A DNA stretch of 64,000 bases from positions 48,422,001 through 48,486,000 of the forward strand of contig CM060732.1 of NCBI GenBank assembly GCA_030704615.1, read 5' to 3'. Position numbers and translations under genes: made by a program. A model generated the notes under the pieces. That model was not told the origin of the DNA. It saw only the letters and a program-made list of their open reading frames with translations, and ran no database searches. The DNA comes from Takakia lepidozioides. Lineage: Eukaryota; Plantae; Bryophyta. Positions 24,501 to 37,600 of the stretch are shown one piece after another (position 1 is the stretch's first letter; each line of letters begins with the position of its first letter).

Positions 24501-27500
24501 CATTGAGGGGATGGCAGCTGCTTCGTTGAGGTGTATAGCTTTTGCTTACCAGCATATAGATGGAGCAGAGCTTCCCCTAGAAGACGATTTGTGGGCTCAA
24601 TGGCAAGTCCCTGAGACAAATCTCATTCTCATGGCAGTTGTGGGTATAAAGGTATGAGTGCATAAGTAGATCCATTATGGAAGAGAATCTACTACTAGTT
24701 CTTTGATTAATGTCCTTTTCTTTTTTTGGCGTACGTTATAAAGTACCGTTTCATTTCATTTCTTTCTCTTGTTGTTTTATTTTCTCCATGGGACCCCGAG
24801 GTGTCAAGTTTGTGATGAATGTCTTTACCCAGAATGTTTATAGTTTAAAAATTGTGCTCTTGAGTGGATTGTTGCGAGTCTCATGTTGGATACAAAGCTC
24901 TCTTGGTCACTGTCAAGCTAATCTTTCACGTTCTTGTACTTGTCCATTGCAGGACCCTTGCAGACTTGGTGTACAGGAAGCTGTAGGCAAGTGCCAAGCA
25001 GCGGGTGTGAAGGTGTGCAATATGTTTGCATGTGTCTGTATTTGTCAGCTAAAGTGACTTGAGGTTTGTTCATTGTTGAAATTGCATGTTTCTGGCACTT
25101 TCTTATCCTTAACTTGAGCATTTTATCATGGATAGATCTCAAAAGGTTTCCATGTCAAAAGCAGACTGTCCGTCATAGTCTTGAGGTTGGGGAGTTGTAA
25201 TGAAATAATTTTTTGACCAGGAGTAACAAGAGTTTGGGTTTCCTGAGAGAGTAGTTACCGGTTTGCACAGGTGCGCATGGTGACAGGTGACAACTTGTTT
25301 ACAGCCAAGGCCATTGCTCAGGAGTGTGGTATTTTGATGAAAGGGGGAGTCGCCATCGAGGGCAAGGAATTCCGAATGTTCACCCCTGAGCAGATGGACG
25401 AGTTATTGCCTAAGCTTGATGTGAGTCAAATTGTATAATGCCTCACTCTTATAGGTGCATGAAAGGTACTTGAAATCATCATTCCCAAGTAGGTTTGTCT
25501 TTTTGATCTTCTCTTCATTTGTTCTGGTTCTAAAGTTCTTGATTCCTGTTCCATTCCACTGTAGGAATTGTTCCTCTTTGTGAGTACAAGTATCACAACC
25601 CTGTATTCTGGTTGGAACAATTTGTACGTTGTAGGTGATGGCAAGGTCATCACCAATGGACAAGTTGTTGCTGGTGAAATCACTGAGGGAGAGAGGAGAG
25701 GTCGTAGCTGTGACAGGTGATGGGACCAATGATGCACCAGCCCTCCATGAGGTTTTCACTTGAAACCCACATCGTAATCTATTCTTTGTCAGGTTATCCT
25801 TGCATTTGAATAAACACAGGTAGATAAATGAATAGGTTGTAGTTTTGACATTGATTTGGTAATTGAAAATGGAATTTTCTTTTTCCAACCTTCATGCCAT
25901 GCTTAGGCGACAAGGTCGTCATAGAGGAGATGGGTTGCATTGCAGGCAGACATTGGTCTCTCGATGGGTATTGCAGGCACGGAAGTTGCCAAGGAGAGTT
26001 CTGACATCATCATTCTGGATGACAATTTCACTTCTGTTGTCAAGGTATGGTGCTAAACACTTCTTCTATCTGATGAATATTTGGGTCGTTCTGTTTTGCC
26101 GGCCAGATATAGACACATTTGGAATACTACCGCTAAATCTATTCAATGGCATTATGGATGAAGTGGTTGTGATATAAAGGAGGACCATTTGTCACCAACT
26201 AATACTAAAATGTAGTGAACTTACCATCTACCATTCATCTTGTTTGGCCTGGTTCATCTTTTAGGTGGTGCGCTGGGGCCGATCAGTCTATGCCAACATT
26301 CAGAAGTTTATTCAATTTCAGTTGACAGTAAATGTGGCAGCACTGGTGATCAATTTTGTGGCCGCCATCTCGTCAGGAGAGGTGCCTTTGACTGCAGTTC
26401 AGGTTTGTGCCCATTGAGTTTCGACATTGATCATTTTCCTACTTGTGGAAACATTGAATTTATGGGAAGAGTTATAATTATCAGGGATCCCCCACCACAC
26501 CATACACAATAGGTGCAAAAGATAACAAGTATATCGTTGTTGGAGGTTCTTCTCTCAGGCTACATAGTTGTTGATGGGCTTAAACTGATAACTTTATTAT
26601 GCAACCTTTCAATATTCCATTGGAGTTGTCTGCAAATATATAACGTCATAATTTTGTCACCTCTTCAGGATGTTAAGGTTACTTTGGATCTCTCAATTCT
26701 TGTGCCTTGCTTGGGGGGGTTTCATTGGCAGCTCTTGTGGGTCAATCTCATCATGGACACATTGGGAGCCCTGGCACTAGCAACAGAGCCGCCAACGGAT
26801 GAACTTATGGAGAGGGATCCAGTTGGTCGCAGGTATCCACATCTGATCTATTTCCCTTTTGGTGGAGTGGTGTCCTGCATTGGATGTTGGCGGTCTGTCC
26901 AGTGCTTCTAATCACTAGCAATGGGTTGGCTGCTATTGTAGGGAACCTCTGATCACCAATATAATGTGGAGGAACATATTTGTGCAGGTAAGCATTCGTA
27001 CTGATAGGCCCATGTACTTCCCTTCTTTACTTCTCTTGTCTCGTATACTAAGAGATTCCCTGGATACATTATTGATTCTTTAGGAACTCCCAATCTTGGC
27101 AGAGGCTTTAAGCTTAGAAGACTGGTAACTTGGGAGCTTACAGTCTTTGTGGACGTAGTGGCTTCTTGTCATTTTATTTTGCCCCACAGGACTTCGGGCT
27201 GTCTGTGGATATCATAGAGCTTTTTGGTTTCCTTCTTCAATATTTCCCCTCTGGCAACGACTTTGGGTTCACTTCCTTGTTGTTGTTGTTGTTAGTTTCT
27301 GACATACTCGTGTCCCATAAGCTTTCTTGGTTTATAAAGCACCATTTCATTGCATTTCATTTATTACACACTCATTACATGCTCGTTTGCACTTTCTGTG
27401 GATTTCTGTGGAAGTTTTTCCATTGTCTCTCAAGTGGATGTAGTACAAAATTTTCTCTTCAATATATGTACATGAAAAGTTTTAAATTGACAGTTTTCAT

Positions 27501-28689
27501 TTGCGCTGTCTTGGGGCAGGTTACATATCAAATTGCAGTGCTAATGACTATCAATTTTGGAGGGAAACAAATTTTTAAACTTAGGGGAGAGGATGCGGAC
27601 ACGATCAAGAACACAATTGTTTTCAATTCTTTTGTCTTCTGTCAAGTAAGCTCTTCTTTCCTGTTGTTTGCAGGGAGAGCCATGCTAAATGTGCATCATA
27701 GAGGAGAAGATACTGAAATGCACAGCCTGTCTGTCTCTCTTTTGATTTGTCTTCCTTCCATTGATTCCACTAGCAGTCGTCTCTGGCTATATTTAGGGTT
27801 TACGACTAGTGTGACACCTCCTTTTTCTGCAGCTTTTCAATGAAGTCAATGCAAGGAAACCAGATAAGCTGAATATCTTCGAAGGCATCCATAAAAATGC
27901 TCTCTTCTGTGGAGTTGTGGCCATCTCCCTGGTTTGTCAGGTATGTAAAGACACACTTTGGTTATGTGTCTTTCGTTAAGGTCCAACGTGTCTACGTCTA
28001 TGTTTCAGCATATTGTTCTGTTTCCGCAGTGCTACATGGTTGCTTTCGATTGGGTTTTGATGCTGAGCATGTGCAGTTTATATGTCAACCTTGGAGATTG
28101 GTATGCATGGAATGGCAAACTTAGTCACATTTTTGGACTTCCTAGACAGCATTGCTGGAGTTTGCATAAATGACCTAGTGGGCAACAAGTAGGTCGTAGT
28201 GTTTGCTTGGTCTAAGCCTTACTCAAGAAGTTAGCAAGGTCAAAAGACTAAGAAATTGGTGTCTTGTTACACTTAGCTTTGTAACTTCTGAACTCTCTTT
28301 TGACGTGGCAGGTCCTGATTGTTGAGTTTGGGAGTAGTTTTGCATCGACTGTGAAGCTTTCTGTGACCCAATGGTTGATTTGCATCATCATTGGTGTCAT
28401 CAGGTACTGAGACTAACTGACAGTCAGATGCTTCTTGCTGCTTGATATTCAAATGACTTCAGTATTGTCAATGGGATTTTTGAAGAACAGCAGATGACTT
28501 TCAGTAGCTGGTAGGGGCTCTGTTTGAGGTGAAATTGACTGCTTGTTGGATGGGGACCAAAACAGTTGGCCAATTGCATGTATATCCAAGTTTATACCTG
28601 TTCCGGAGAAACCGTTGATGGGATTTCAATCATTGAGGAGGAAGGCAAGAAGACAAACAAAAGTCAGGTTGCCAATTTCAATCAAGTAG
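15535..28689 (+). CDS. ACA: Autoinhibited P2B Ca2+-ATPase, plasma-membrane ACA8/9/10-like, about 30+ exons
   Basis: CaM-binding region LKKWR|[14 protein letters not shown]; [10 protein letters not shown]; [15 protein letters not shown]; phosphorylation motif [10 protein letters not shown]; WKGAAE; MVTGDN; [12 protein letters not shown]; [26 protein letters not shown] exon boundaries throughout. The last exon ends ...LPISIK* at 28689. Confidence 0.97.
19560..20532 (+). mobile_element. 5'-truncated non-LTR retrotransposon (RTEX-like) in an ACA intron, ORF open, 15-bp TSD
   Basis: YGSAIW...[11 protein letters not shown]...RYPK...[11 protein letters not shown]...[33 protein letters not shown] at 19545-19559 and 20533-20547. 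Confidence 0.88.
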
Positions 28690-31675
28690 GGGTGAGAGCT
28701 TCAAGTCCAATGGCCATCAAGGTTCCCTCTCTTGTGCCTTATCTGGAGTGCTTTCTTCGTTTGTTCTACTTTTGTCGCTGGGACTCTTTGGCCTCATGTG
28801 GATGTTATAAAGTTATTTATTTTTGTCATTTTCTACTATCGCTATTCTGCTCAATTGAAATATTTCAAAGCAAAAGTTGTCACATTAGCCATGGGAATTC
28901 CCAATCTTGCCAGATCTGCTGACGGCTCTTTCTGGCCTGTCCATGCAGAGGAGCCAAACAGCTCGTCTCTGGCAGGGAAATTGAAGGCTTGGGCCATTGA
29001 AACAGTATAAGATTGTGTGAGGAGATGCCAGTGTCAGAACAACCACCGATGTGGACGTGGATGGCTTTCATTCCCCACCCAACGCTAGTTCGAGCTTGCA
29101 CATCGGCTAGCAACCTCCACTTGACCTCTTCAATTTGGCATTGACAACATGTAGTCAAGCTGATATTGGTTATTACACTCGTCAGTTCGTAGTACTGCCG
29201 AGTTTTCTCTTGGACCTCAATGGCTATATGAAGATAGACAACTATAAAATGAAGTGGTGGATAGAGTGGACTAGATGAAACCCTTCAGCTGCAGTTTTCG
29301 AGTGGTAGGCTCGGTATTGATGTTGCCAGCCCATGGGGCCGGGCATGCAAGGGCCATTTAGACATGGGCTGTCAAAGGAAAACTCATTGTCCATGTGGCA
29401 GTCCAATCTGCTCTTGTGCCAATTTTCAGTCCAAAAGTTAGGACGGCATATTCTACCATCCAAACTCTTGGCTGAGCGCTCGGTCATAAAAGAAATTGAA
29501 GTCTCGCCCTTTTTATGGAAGCGAAGCCGGTTGGGCCCTGCTGGCATAGCAAGAGATTAACCATTATGCAAATTGATGAAGTCAATAATTTTCTATCTTA
29601 CCACTGGACACTGAACACCAAGTTAGAGCCTGAAAGGAGCTGCTGGTTCTGGTGACTCTGAAGTTTTTGTGTTTGGCAATTATGGCTGCTCGTGCAACTG
29701 CTTTCCAGCCTGTTGTGTTGTGTATTTGCTGGATTTTTGCATCTTCTTTGCATCTGGGACATGCTTTACTGATGATAGTTGACAAGCTTCATTTTTTGTC
29801 CAATGTTGAGTTTTGTTGAATGTTGACTTTTGCTTGTCCGGGTCCAGTAAGATGCCTCCATGCGCATATGCTTCTGCTAAATTCCTGTTTTCATTTGTCC
29901 AAGAAGATATTGTGATTTCATGGCAGACTTTAAGTTTGTGGAGTGAAGTTGGTAGCAATTTTGCAGTTCTTTGATATTGTTTTGAGTTCAATGATTTGTT
30001 CCGAGCTGGAATGTGTGCAACGAGAAATCTGCAGATCTATGTAACAGCTCCTACATTGTCTATGAAATGTGTTGATTGATTCTTATCACCAGACCACATT
30101 AATGGAGGTGGAGAAGGTGCAAGTCGAAATCTATCTCCTCTCTGAAACACGCGGGTATAGGTTGAGTGATGTTTATTGTGCAGTGAGCTTGAGTCATATC
30201 GGTTTGCGTGGTGGCTTCAGAGGTCCCTCAACAGCAGCAGCAGGATCTATGATGAGAAGGAATTGCTACCGGTTTTCTTTGACTTTGTATGGTCGGGGAG
30301 CTTAATCCATTGTGAAGACATTGGTAGCCATTTGCAGAAGTCACATGGCGTTCCAAATGCATCCCAGCTTTGGGACGATTGGAGATCTGCACTTGTCGCA
30401 ACTTAACAATCTCCTGGACGAGTCATCCCGGCATGTAGGTCTCCTTGTGAGTTGGCGGGTCCCTCATTACTTGATGATATTTGAGAATGCTATTGTACCT
30501 GGATTTGGTCCTGGCTTGCGGTGAAGGGCATTCATGAACTTGTGATGCATGCATGTATAGAATGATCAGACAAGGCAAGAGGAAGAGTCTTGTGGGGCAG
30601 GTTCTAGAACGTAGATGAGAACCCCACACAACCCAATCGTGCACCGTGGATGTTTCACGGAAAGATGATAATTGGATGAAGTCACAAGATTAAGTGCCTT
30701 CAGATTGATCGTCGAGTACCCTATAGGCATCGTGAATTAGGCCTCTCTCGCCCTCAGATACGTGTTCGCAATTGTTTTTCTTTCCTTCATCTCCTCCGAT
30801 CCTCCTCCAATGCTCTAGGACATTTGCTTGACCCTCACGTTAGAAAGATTAAGAGAAGACGTGCATGGACGCACAAGGCATTAATGGACCATACTAAAGT
30901 TTTCTTCATTATACTTGGTCTAGCTTGTAAGCTTGGAAAAAAGATGTACTGGTTATCAGTCTGAAATCCAGTGACCAAAGCAAGTTTGTTTTGCTCAATG
31001 AAAGTGTCACTGGTATATGTGAAACGACTAGCTCAACAGAACGAGCTATGGTCGAATTCAATTTGTACGTCAATCAAACAAAAATGCCAACTTTTCAGCT
31101 GTCTGCATTTGTCTATTATCTTTTCTCCCTAGATGCTGTATGAAACGCTGAATCTATGGCTGGTCACCCTCAGATGGTTAGCATGCAACAAATCCGAAGT
31201 CCTCATGATATCTCGAAGCTGTGTTTGGCCATACATATCTTGTATTGGAAGTCTGTGGGTCGGAAGTTCAACTAGTCAAACCCTACATCTTAAGTTCCCA
31301 AATCAAATTGTATTATTGTTCTTTCACACATAAGCCTAGACCCTTTCCTTAAGGGGTGAGGCCTCTCTATTAGACAGAACTGATGTTTCCAGAGTCACAC
31401 TGACATGACATCAGTATTTTTCTCCTTAAGCAATGGCACCCACTTTGGCCTTGTCATGGACCCAATGATATCTTTCCTGAGCTGCCCAAACTTGTACGCT
31501 TGGTATAAACTGTCAAAGATAGAATAGTTAACCTAATGCTTGTTGCTTTAGGTTGGTAGATCATGTCACAGCCAGTGGCCTACAGGCATGAAATTGATCT
31601 GGTTGAAGACAATTTTGGTTTATGCTATGCCTTATAATCAGCACAGGTTTTATTCAGAGCCGTAGAGCTGGTCCC

Positions 31676-34600
31676 TCATTTGTTTCGCTTGCATTGCCTG
31701 ACGCCGCTTCTGCACTGATACTCTACCATCAAGTAACTGCCTGACCTTCGCTGTCTCTTGCTCAATCTTGTCCAATACTTGCCTTCTGTGCAGAGCCTGT
31801 CCTCCCCATTCATGCCCCGAGTTAATTGCTGCCTATATAAGGAGAATCTCCCTATTTTATGTCTAAATTGATTATTTCTGTGATTCTGCTTGTTCTGTGT
31901 TCTAGTTGCGTCCTTTTGGCATCTGGTAGACATTACAAAGTTCCTTTCTTCCTCTCCTCCGTGTTTGTTCCAGCACTCTGAATTTAGAACTTTCATATGT
32001 TGTAGGACAGTCTTCTGCAAGTGAGAAACAGTAAGGGGTACCTGCTTGCGCTGAGTTTGTTGACAGCGCCAGTGCTGAGCAGAAGCTTGCAGATTTTTCT
32101 CGGTGTTAGTGCGAGCCTCGTTCAAGGCCTTATTCTTTACATATTCACGCAGAAGCCTATCTTTCTCCTCTGCTTGAGCTTTTATTTTCTGTCCCCAAGA
32201 CAGACACATATCATAGGCAAGTCAGCCATATGTATTAAATTCTCTCAAGAACTCTGAATCTCACATACTGCAAGGGAGCACAATACACAGTCCACGCATA
32301 TATAAAGGGTATGATCTTGCAGTGCTCTAGCATTGGGTTACCCATTAACAAGTTCTACGTGAACCACAGACCTAATAGCTTCACAGCACACCAAGCATCT
32401 GGGGCTTCAGTGTTAAACAGCCACAAAGCGTTGGGATACACTAAGTTATCTAGAAAAAGAGCACAACTATAGAACTGGCGTACTCAGACTTGTCCAGGTG
32501 CAATTCTTTTAAACAACATATATATGCCAATATTTAAAACAACCTAAGCTGCTTCCACATTCTATCACTCTTTGTGCAGTCAGGAGAGCTTAAATTGATT
32601 TGCAATCTTCAACAATGCATTAATGGGTTTTGTAACCCACTTATGGGTTGGGCAGTGATCTGTGGCTTGATGCAAGAAAGAAATGACAGACAATATAGGA
32701 GGTCAAAATCAGTGGGCCTTCTTCAGAGTGGTAAGGTAACCCTCTTTCTGGTGTCTCCCTTGATCTACTAGCAGCCAACGTCAAATATGGAGCCCTGCAG
32801 TTTGGAGGGGTTATCACAGCCATACCTGACACCGTTGCTCACGAATGTCAATTGCATGCTGAATGGTTGCAAGACGTTCTGCCTCCTTCTGCTCTTCTGC
32901 TGCTTTCTTATCAGCTTGCGCTCTCTTATACAACATCATCTTCTCCTTTCGCCTGACCCTCTCAGCCTGTTAAGAAAACCACAAAAATGTTACCAGTTAC
33001 ATTTCAGATGCTTAGGCTTCCATCAACATGAGATTCTAGATTCATATGATTGCAACTTGCTTGAAGAGAATGGTTAGAATAGCCTGGAAGCCCTCCATCT
33101 GCCTTCATTGCACTAGTACCAATTATGAGCTCATTGTCTTGCTAAAAAAGACTTCAGCTGATGGATAACTAACCATAGATCTGGCAGTAAATTGCAGTAC
33201 ACGTATAACAGCCTTGACTTTGTGCAGAGCAGACTTTTTTCCCTCATTTAAGCATTCAAACCTTATTGTGTTATGTGGGTCAGGAGTTAAGCTGACCCAC
33301 GAGGTTGGGTTTAAGGTGAGGTGAAGTGGGGACTAAAAGTTTGGCTCAGGAGATTCAGGGAAAGCTCTAGTTCATAAAGCTTGCATTGATGGATTTCAGT
33401 TCCAATTTGCCGGAAGCTTGAAACATGCATAAGGGTGCCCATCTATTGCTCTGTCAGCCAGACAACTCAGTTGGGACATCTATGTAGTAGATCAAGAAGA
33501 GGGAGCTTCTGTTCTGAAGTTGGAGTAGTTGACCTGAGTTTGATATGCAGATGAGCTAATCACTCCACCAATGTCTAATATGCTGTCTACATGAGAGTAT
33601 ACAAGCGATGCTAGAGTAACTACCTTATGGACTACTAGGGAACTTGATTGGATCCCAACTATGGTGCAGTTCCCATTCTAGAAAGCCTGTAGGGACCTCC
33701 ACAATTACCAGACCATTTGACGAAGTGCTGTCTGGATCTAATTCAGAGTTCTAAAATTTGTCCGATTGTGAGCTCTAGCTCAGAAACCTCAGGAAATATG
33801 GCTGCACCTACTTATAGTATGTGGCTATAGAGCCTGTGCCAAGTTTTCTGGAACAGAATTGCAGATGGAGAAAATGAAACATAAAGGGGACGTCAGAACA
33901 TACGGCGCATTTTGCTTCGTAGTCATCCTTGCGCTTTTGCAACAAGCGGAGCCAAGATTGAAGGGCTGCCTCATGCCGTTCCTCAGCAGCAGCCTGGGTT
34001 GCTGCATTCATCTCGGCTCTCTCCTTGTTCATTTGATCTCGAATCTTTTTGCGAGCTGCATCTTTCGCTAGCATCTCCTTCTGCTTTTCTATGGCTTCCT
34101 GCATTTGGATTCCAGACATCCTCCATTGATTTCTTGTCTTTTCCACACATACAAAACTACTACTCCGTAGTGTTTGATCCTTGTCTCCACAATTCTTCCA
34201 GGCGACACAGGGATAACATGTAAACTGTCCCCCTTTGTCTGCAGTCTTGGATTTCTAGTGCTTTACTTACTAAGCCTTCTTGTCCCATAAGCTTTCTGAG
34301 ACTTCCCGTGGATATTATAGGACATTATAGGGTTCCTTACATTTTCTTTCTTTCACCTTTCTAACATCAATATGACAAATATACTGTGTTTACACTTAAT
34401 AGATCATATTATATCCTCCTTACCAATAGGTCATTACATAAGTCATACCATGACCCATCAACTCAGAGTTTCTGTATCTTTGTCAGGTAGGAAAATGGGG
34501 AGTAGCCATTTGCCTATGCATATCATGCTCTTTCAGCATACTTGCCTACTGTCTACTGAGCCAGAGAACAAACCTTAATTATGTCTTCCTGTATCTTCTC

Positions 34601-37600
34601 CAACTGCTGTCGGAACTCTTCCTGCTTTGCCGCCCTTTCTTGCTCTTTCAGGATAGCAAGCTTCTTTGCTTTTCTCTGCGTAATACGGAACAAGTCCACT
34701 ATGAGAGGTGTTATGTTGCAACTAGTTGCTACATTAGAATGTACCCATAGGACGTTGTTTGCCGTAGCCTGGTGGCCATTGACCCCGCGCTCACTTTGAG
34801 CGAAACACAAAGGGACAGAAACTACCTTTGTCAGGGGCTGACACAGGTAGTATGACTTACCTTGGAACAGACAACTAATCCGATTTTCCAGATATCCTCT
34901 AGGAATCCCTTTACACAAGCGTGAATCTGCTGTGTGTGGTTTGCCAAATAACTAGGCCCCAAAAGGGCCTGGGCTTTTGGCTCACCTCGAGACTTTCAAA
35001 GTTGGTAAACAGAGGTACAGGCACAATTCCCTTGATGGATTTGAAGAGGACGTCTCTCTGGTGAGAGTTCCCAGGACAATGAATCAGAAAGGGAATATTG
35101 TCTTCAGGTTGCCCACACAATGGGCATTTGCAATCCCCCTTTCCTCTCTGCTTCTGTTTGCTGTTCAAAGGTAGGCTTCATATCTTAGAATGGGACATAA
35201 AACTGTAGCTACTTAATTCTCAGAGGGAGGATACTCGTTCGCACTCCAAGTGTGGTAAATATCGCTGGAGGATATTAACCTTCCCCCCAGGTTCGAAACC
35301 TTAGCAGGGTATGTGAACTCAACCCAACAGTAACATAGCGCTCCAGCACAGTTGACGACCATCAAAATAATGGGAATTGAGTTTTGATTAATTGGTTAGA
35401 ATTGACACAATACTAGAGTGCACGAGGTTGATTGTTGAACAGCTTCTCTAGACCTCTAGCTTGCAACAGATGCAACAAGTGGTTCTGAGAGTACAGGGAG
35501 CTTGACAGAAAGTAACCACAGAATTGGAATCCGTTTGGGAAAGTAAAAGGAAAGAAAGAAAGAAACTTTATAACATATGTGGGAAACTCAAAGAATGGGA
35601 AAAATAAAAGCAGGATAAAAGAAATAAAAAAAAAGTCCGTAAATAAGCAACCCGAAAACCTTGAGAGATCCTTCACGTTGGAAAGCCTCATGTCTGAAAG
35701 AAATATCTTACATTAAAGAGCCGGGACACAAAAAGAAATAGAACCAAAGAACTACTCAAAAGAGAGAAAAAAGAATACCGCTTTAATGGCGTTTTGTCGT
35801 GCCATGTCCATTTCATGCTTATACCGCTCTTCAGCCATTTTCCGCGCTAGCTTCTCCAATTCCTCTTCCTATTATAGTATGACTCCAAAGCATTTGTAAG
35901 GAGTTTTAATGATGCTAGCTTCCTTTATCAAAGCGTGAGCTCAAAGCAATTCTGGTTGATGATAATACTGAATCTCAAGATCCTAATTCACATTATCACA
36001 TAAACGCTAACAACAGCAGCCTCATTATATGCTTAGTCCCAAAGAAATGTGTCGAAAGACTAGCTCAACTTCACTAACCAAGCCTGTGCAACATTGGATG
36101 AGAAATTTCAACTCAAAACCTACTTCAACTGCAATACACCTTACTGAAGCATGTTGGCCCATAACTGCAGGGGCAAGATTGAACTTATGGCATGTGTGTA
36201 CGTACGGGTCACATGAACTATCTTAACAGACCACAAACAGTTCTTCCTGGTCACCAGGTCAATGATGGAATTACATGTGCACCCCCAACATTAGAACTAG
36301 TGACGGATCATGAAAAGAAAACTGCCTGATGCAGAGTCTAGAGAACATTGATACACACCTCTTTGAGTCTTTGCAACTCACGAGCACGCATTCCAGCCTG
36401 AAATTCTTTGTCTTTCCTAAGCTTTTCTGCTTTCTGTCAATATTAACAAGGCTGTGGAAAGATGAGTTGTCCACATTTGGGGTCCTTGAATAACCAAGTT
36501 AGCAGAGAATGGCAACAACTGAACTCTCCCCAAAACTTCATCCATCTACCCTGCCAGCATGCTGCAGCTCTCAACAACTCGCATCAAAAGTCGTGAGCCC
36601 CAATTACTGCAACTATAAATCCATCTTTACATCACTGGAAATTTGCATGTCTTATAGGAGGTACTCAAAGGCCTCTGGCACAGAGCAACATCCAGAGGCA
36701 GGAGGGGATCAATAGATGTCTTGTAATCAGCTAAACCGCACAGCTAGAGGGTGCATGCACTACTTGGAGGAAAAAGTCATCGCAAGTCAGTCACAGCCCC
36801 TTTCCCTCGTACAATTTGAGTGCCATCTGAGACTTTGTGTGGTCAAATTGGTTAAGTATCTACACTAATTTCATCAGTAAAAGCTTCTGAAAATTACAAT
36901 CACTGCAGATGATTCAGGTTGCAAGATAACTACAATTTTGCTCCATCATTGGTGAAGAGATGATTATATCAAAGGAAGCCTACCTGTGCTGCCACCTTCT
37001 TTTTTTCAGCTTCAACCCTTCTTTGGGCAGCTGCTAGCATTTCCTGCCACAATTTAGAACCAAAATTAAGAAAATTACCCAGCAAGGATTGACGCAAATC
37101 ACAACCCATGATGTTATTCTTGATAACCTGTCACTAACTCTTAATTCATTTCCCTGTCTGTATTAAACTGTCATGTGACAGCATTCTGGATAAGAAAGAA
37201 AGCAAGAAAGAAACTCTGTAATGCTCATTGGGTCCCTCAGGGCTCATGGGTGGGACAACGTAGAGCAAGAAAAACCACAGCAAAAGCCACCAACTTTGTC
37301 CAAGATGATGTGTTCATAGACAGAAGTACTGGGCAAGTCTGGTCCTTAAAAACTGAAGGCCTCAGCCAAGACTGGAAGTATCCAAAGAGACCGTACTATC
37401 CGTCCCCGACCTCATAGCATGGAGAACAGGACAAGCTTTCACGCTTTCTGTGTTCAGCTCAAAATAGAGGGCGTTGTTAACTTGATGCCCAACTCATCAT
37501 TCCAAAATTTTGGAAGCTCCATTCCATAAAATTTGACAATCACTAGTTTGCCACCAGACTCCACAAGATATACCAGGCGCTGTCCTACTCGAGCAACTCG

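Noticed and set aside
29000-31600. Short ORFs between ACA and the coiled-coil gene
   Set aside because: No recognisable motifs or consistent exon chain.
35225-35350. tRNA/SINE suggested by GGTTCGAAACC
   Set aside because: No convincing A box or cloverleaf, and no second copy seen.
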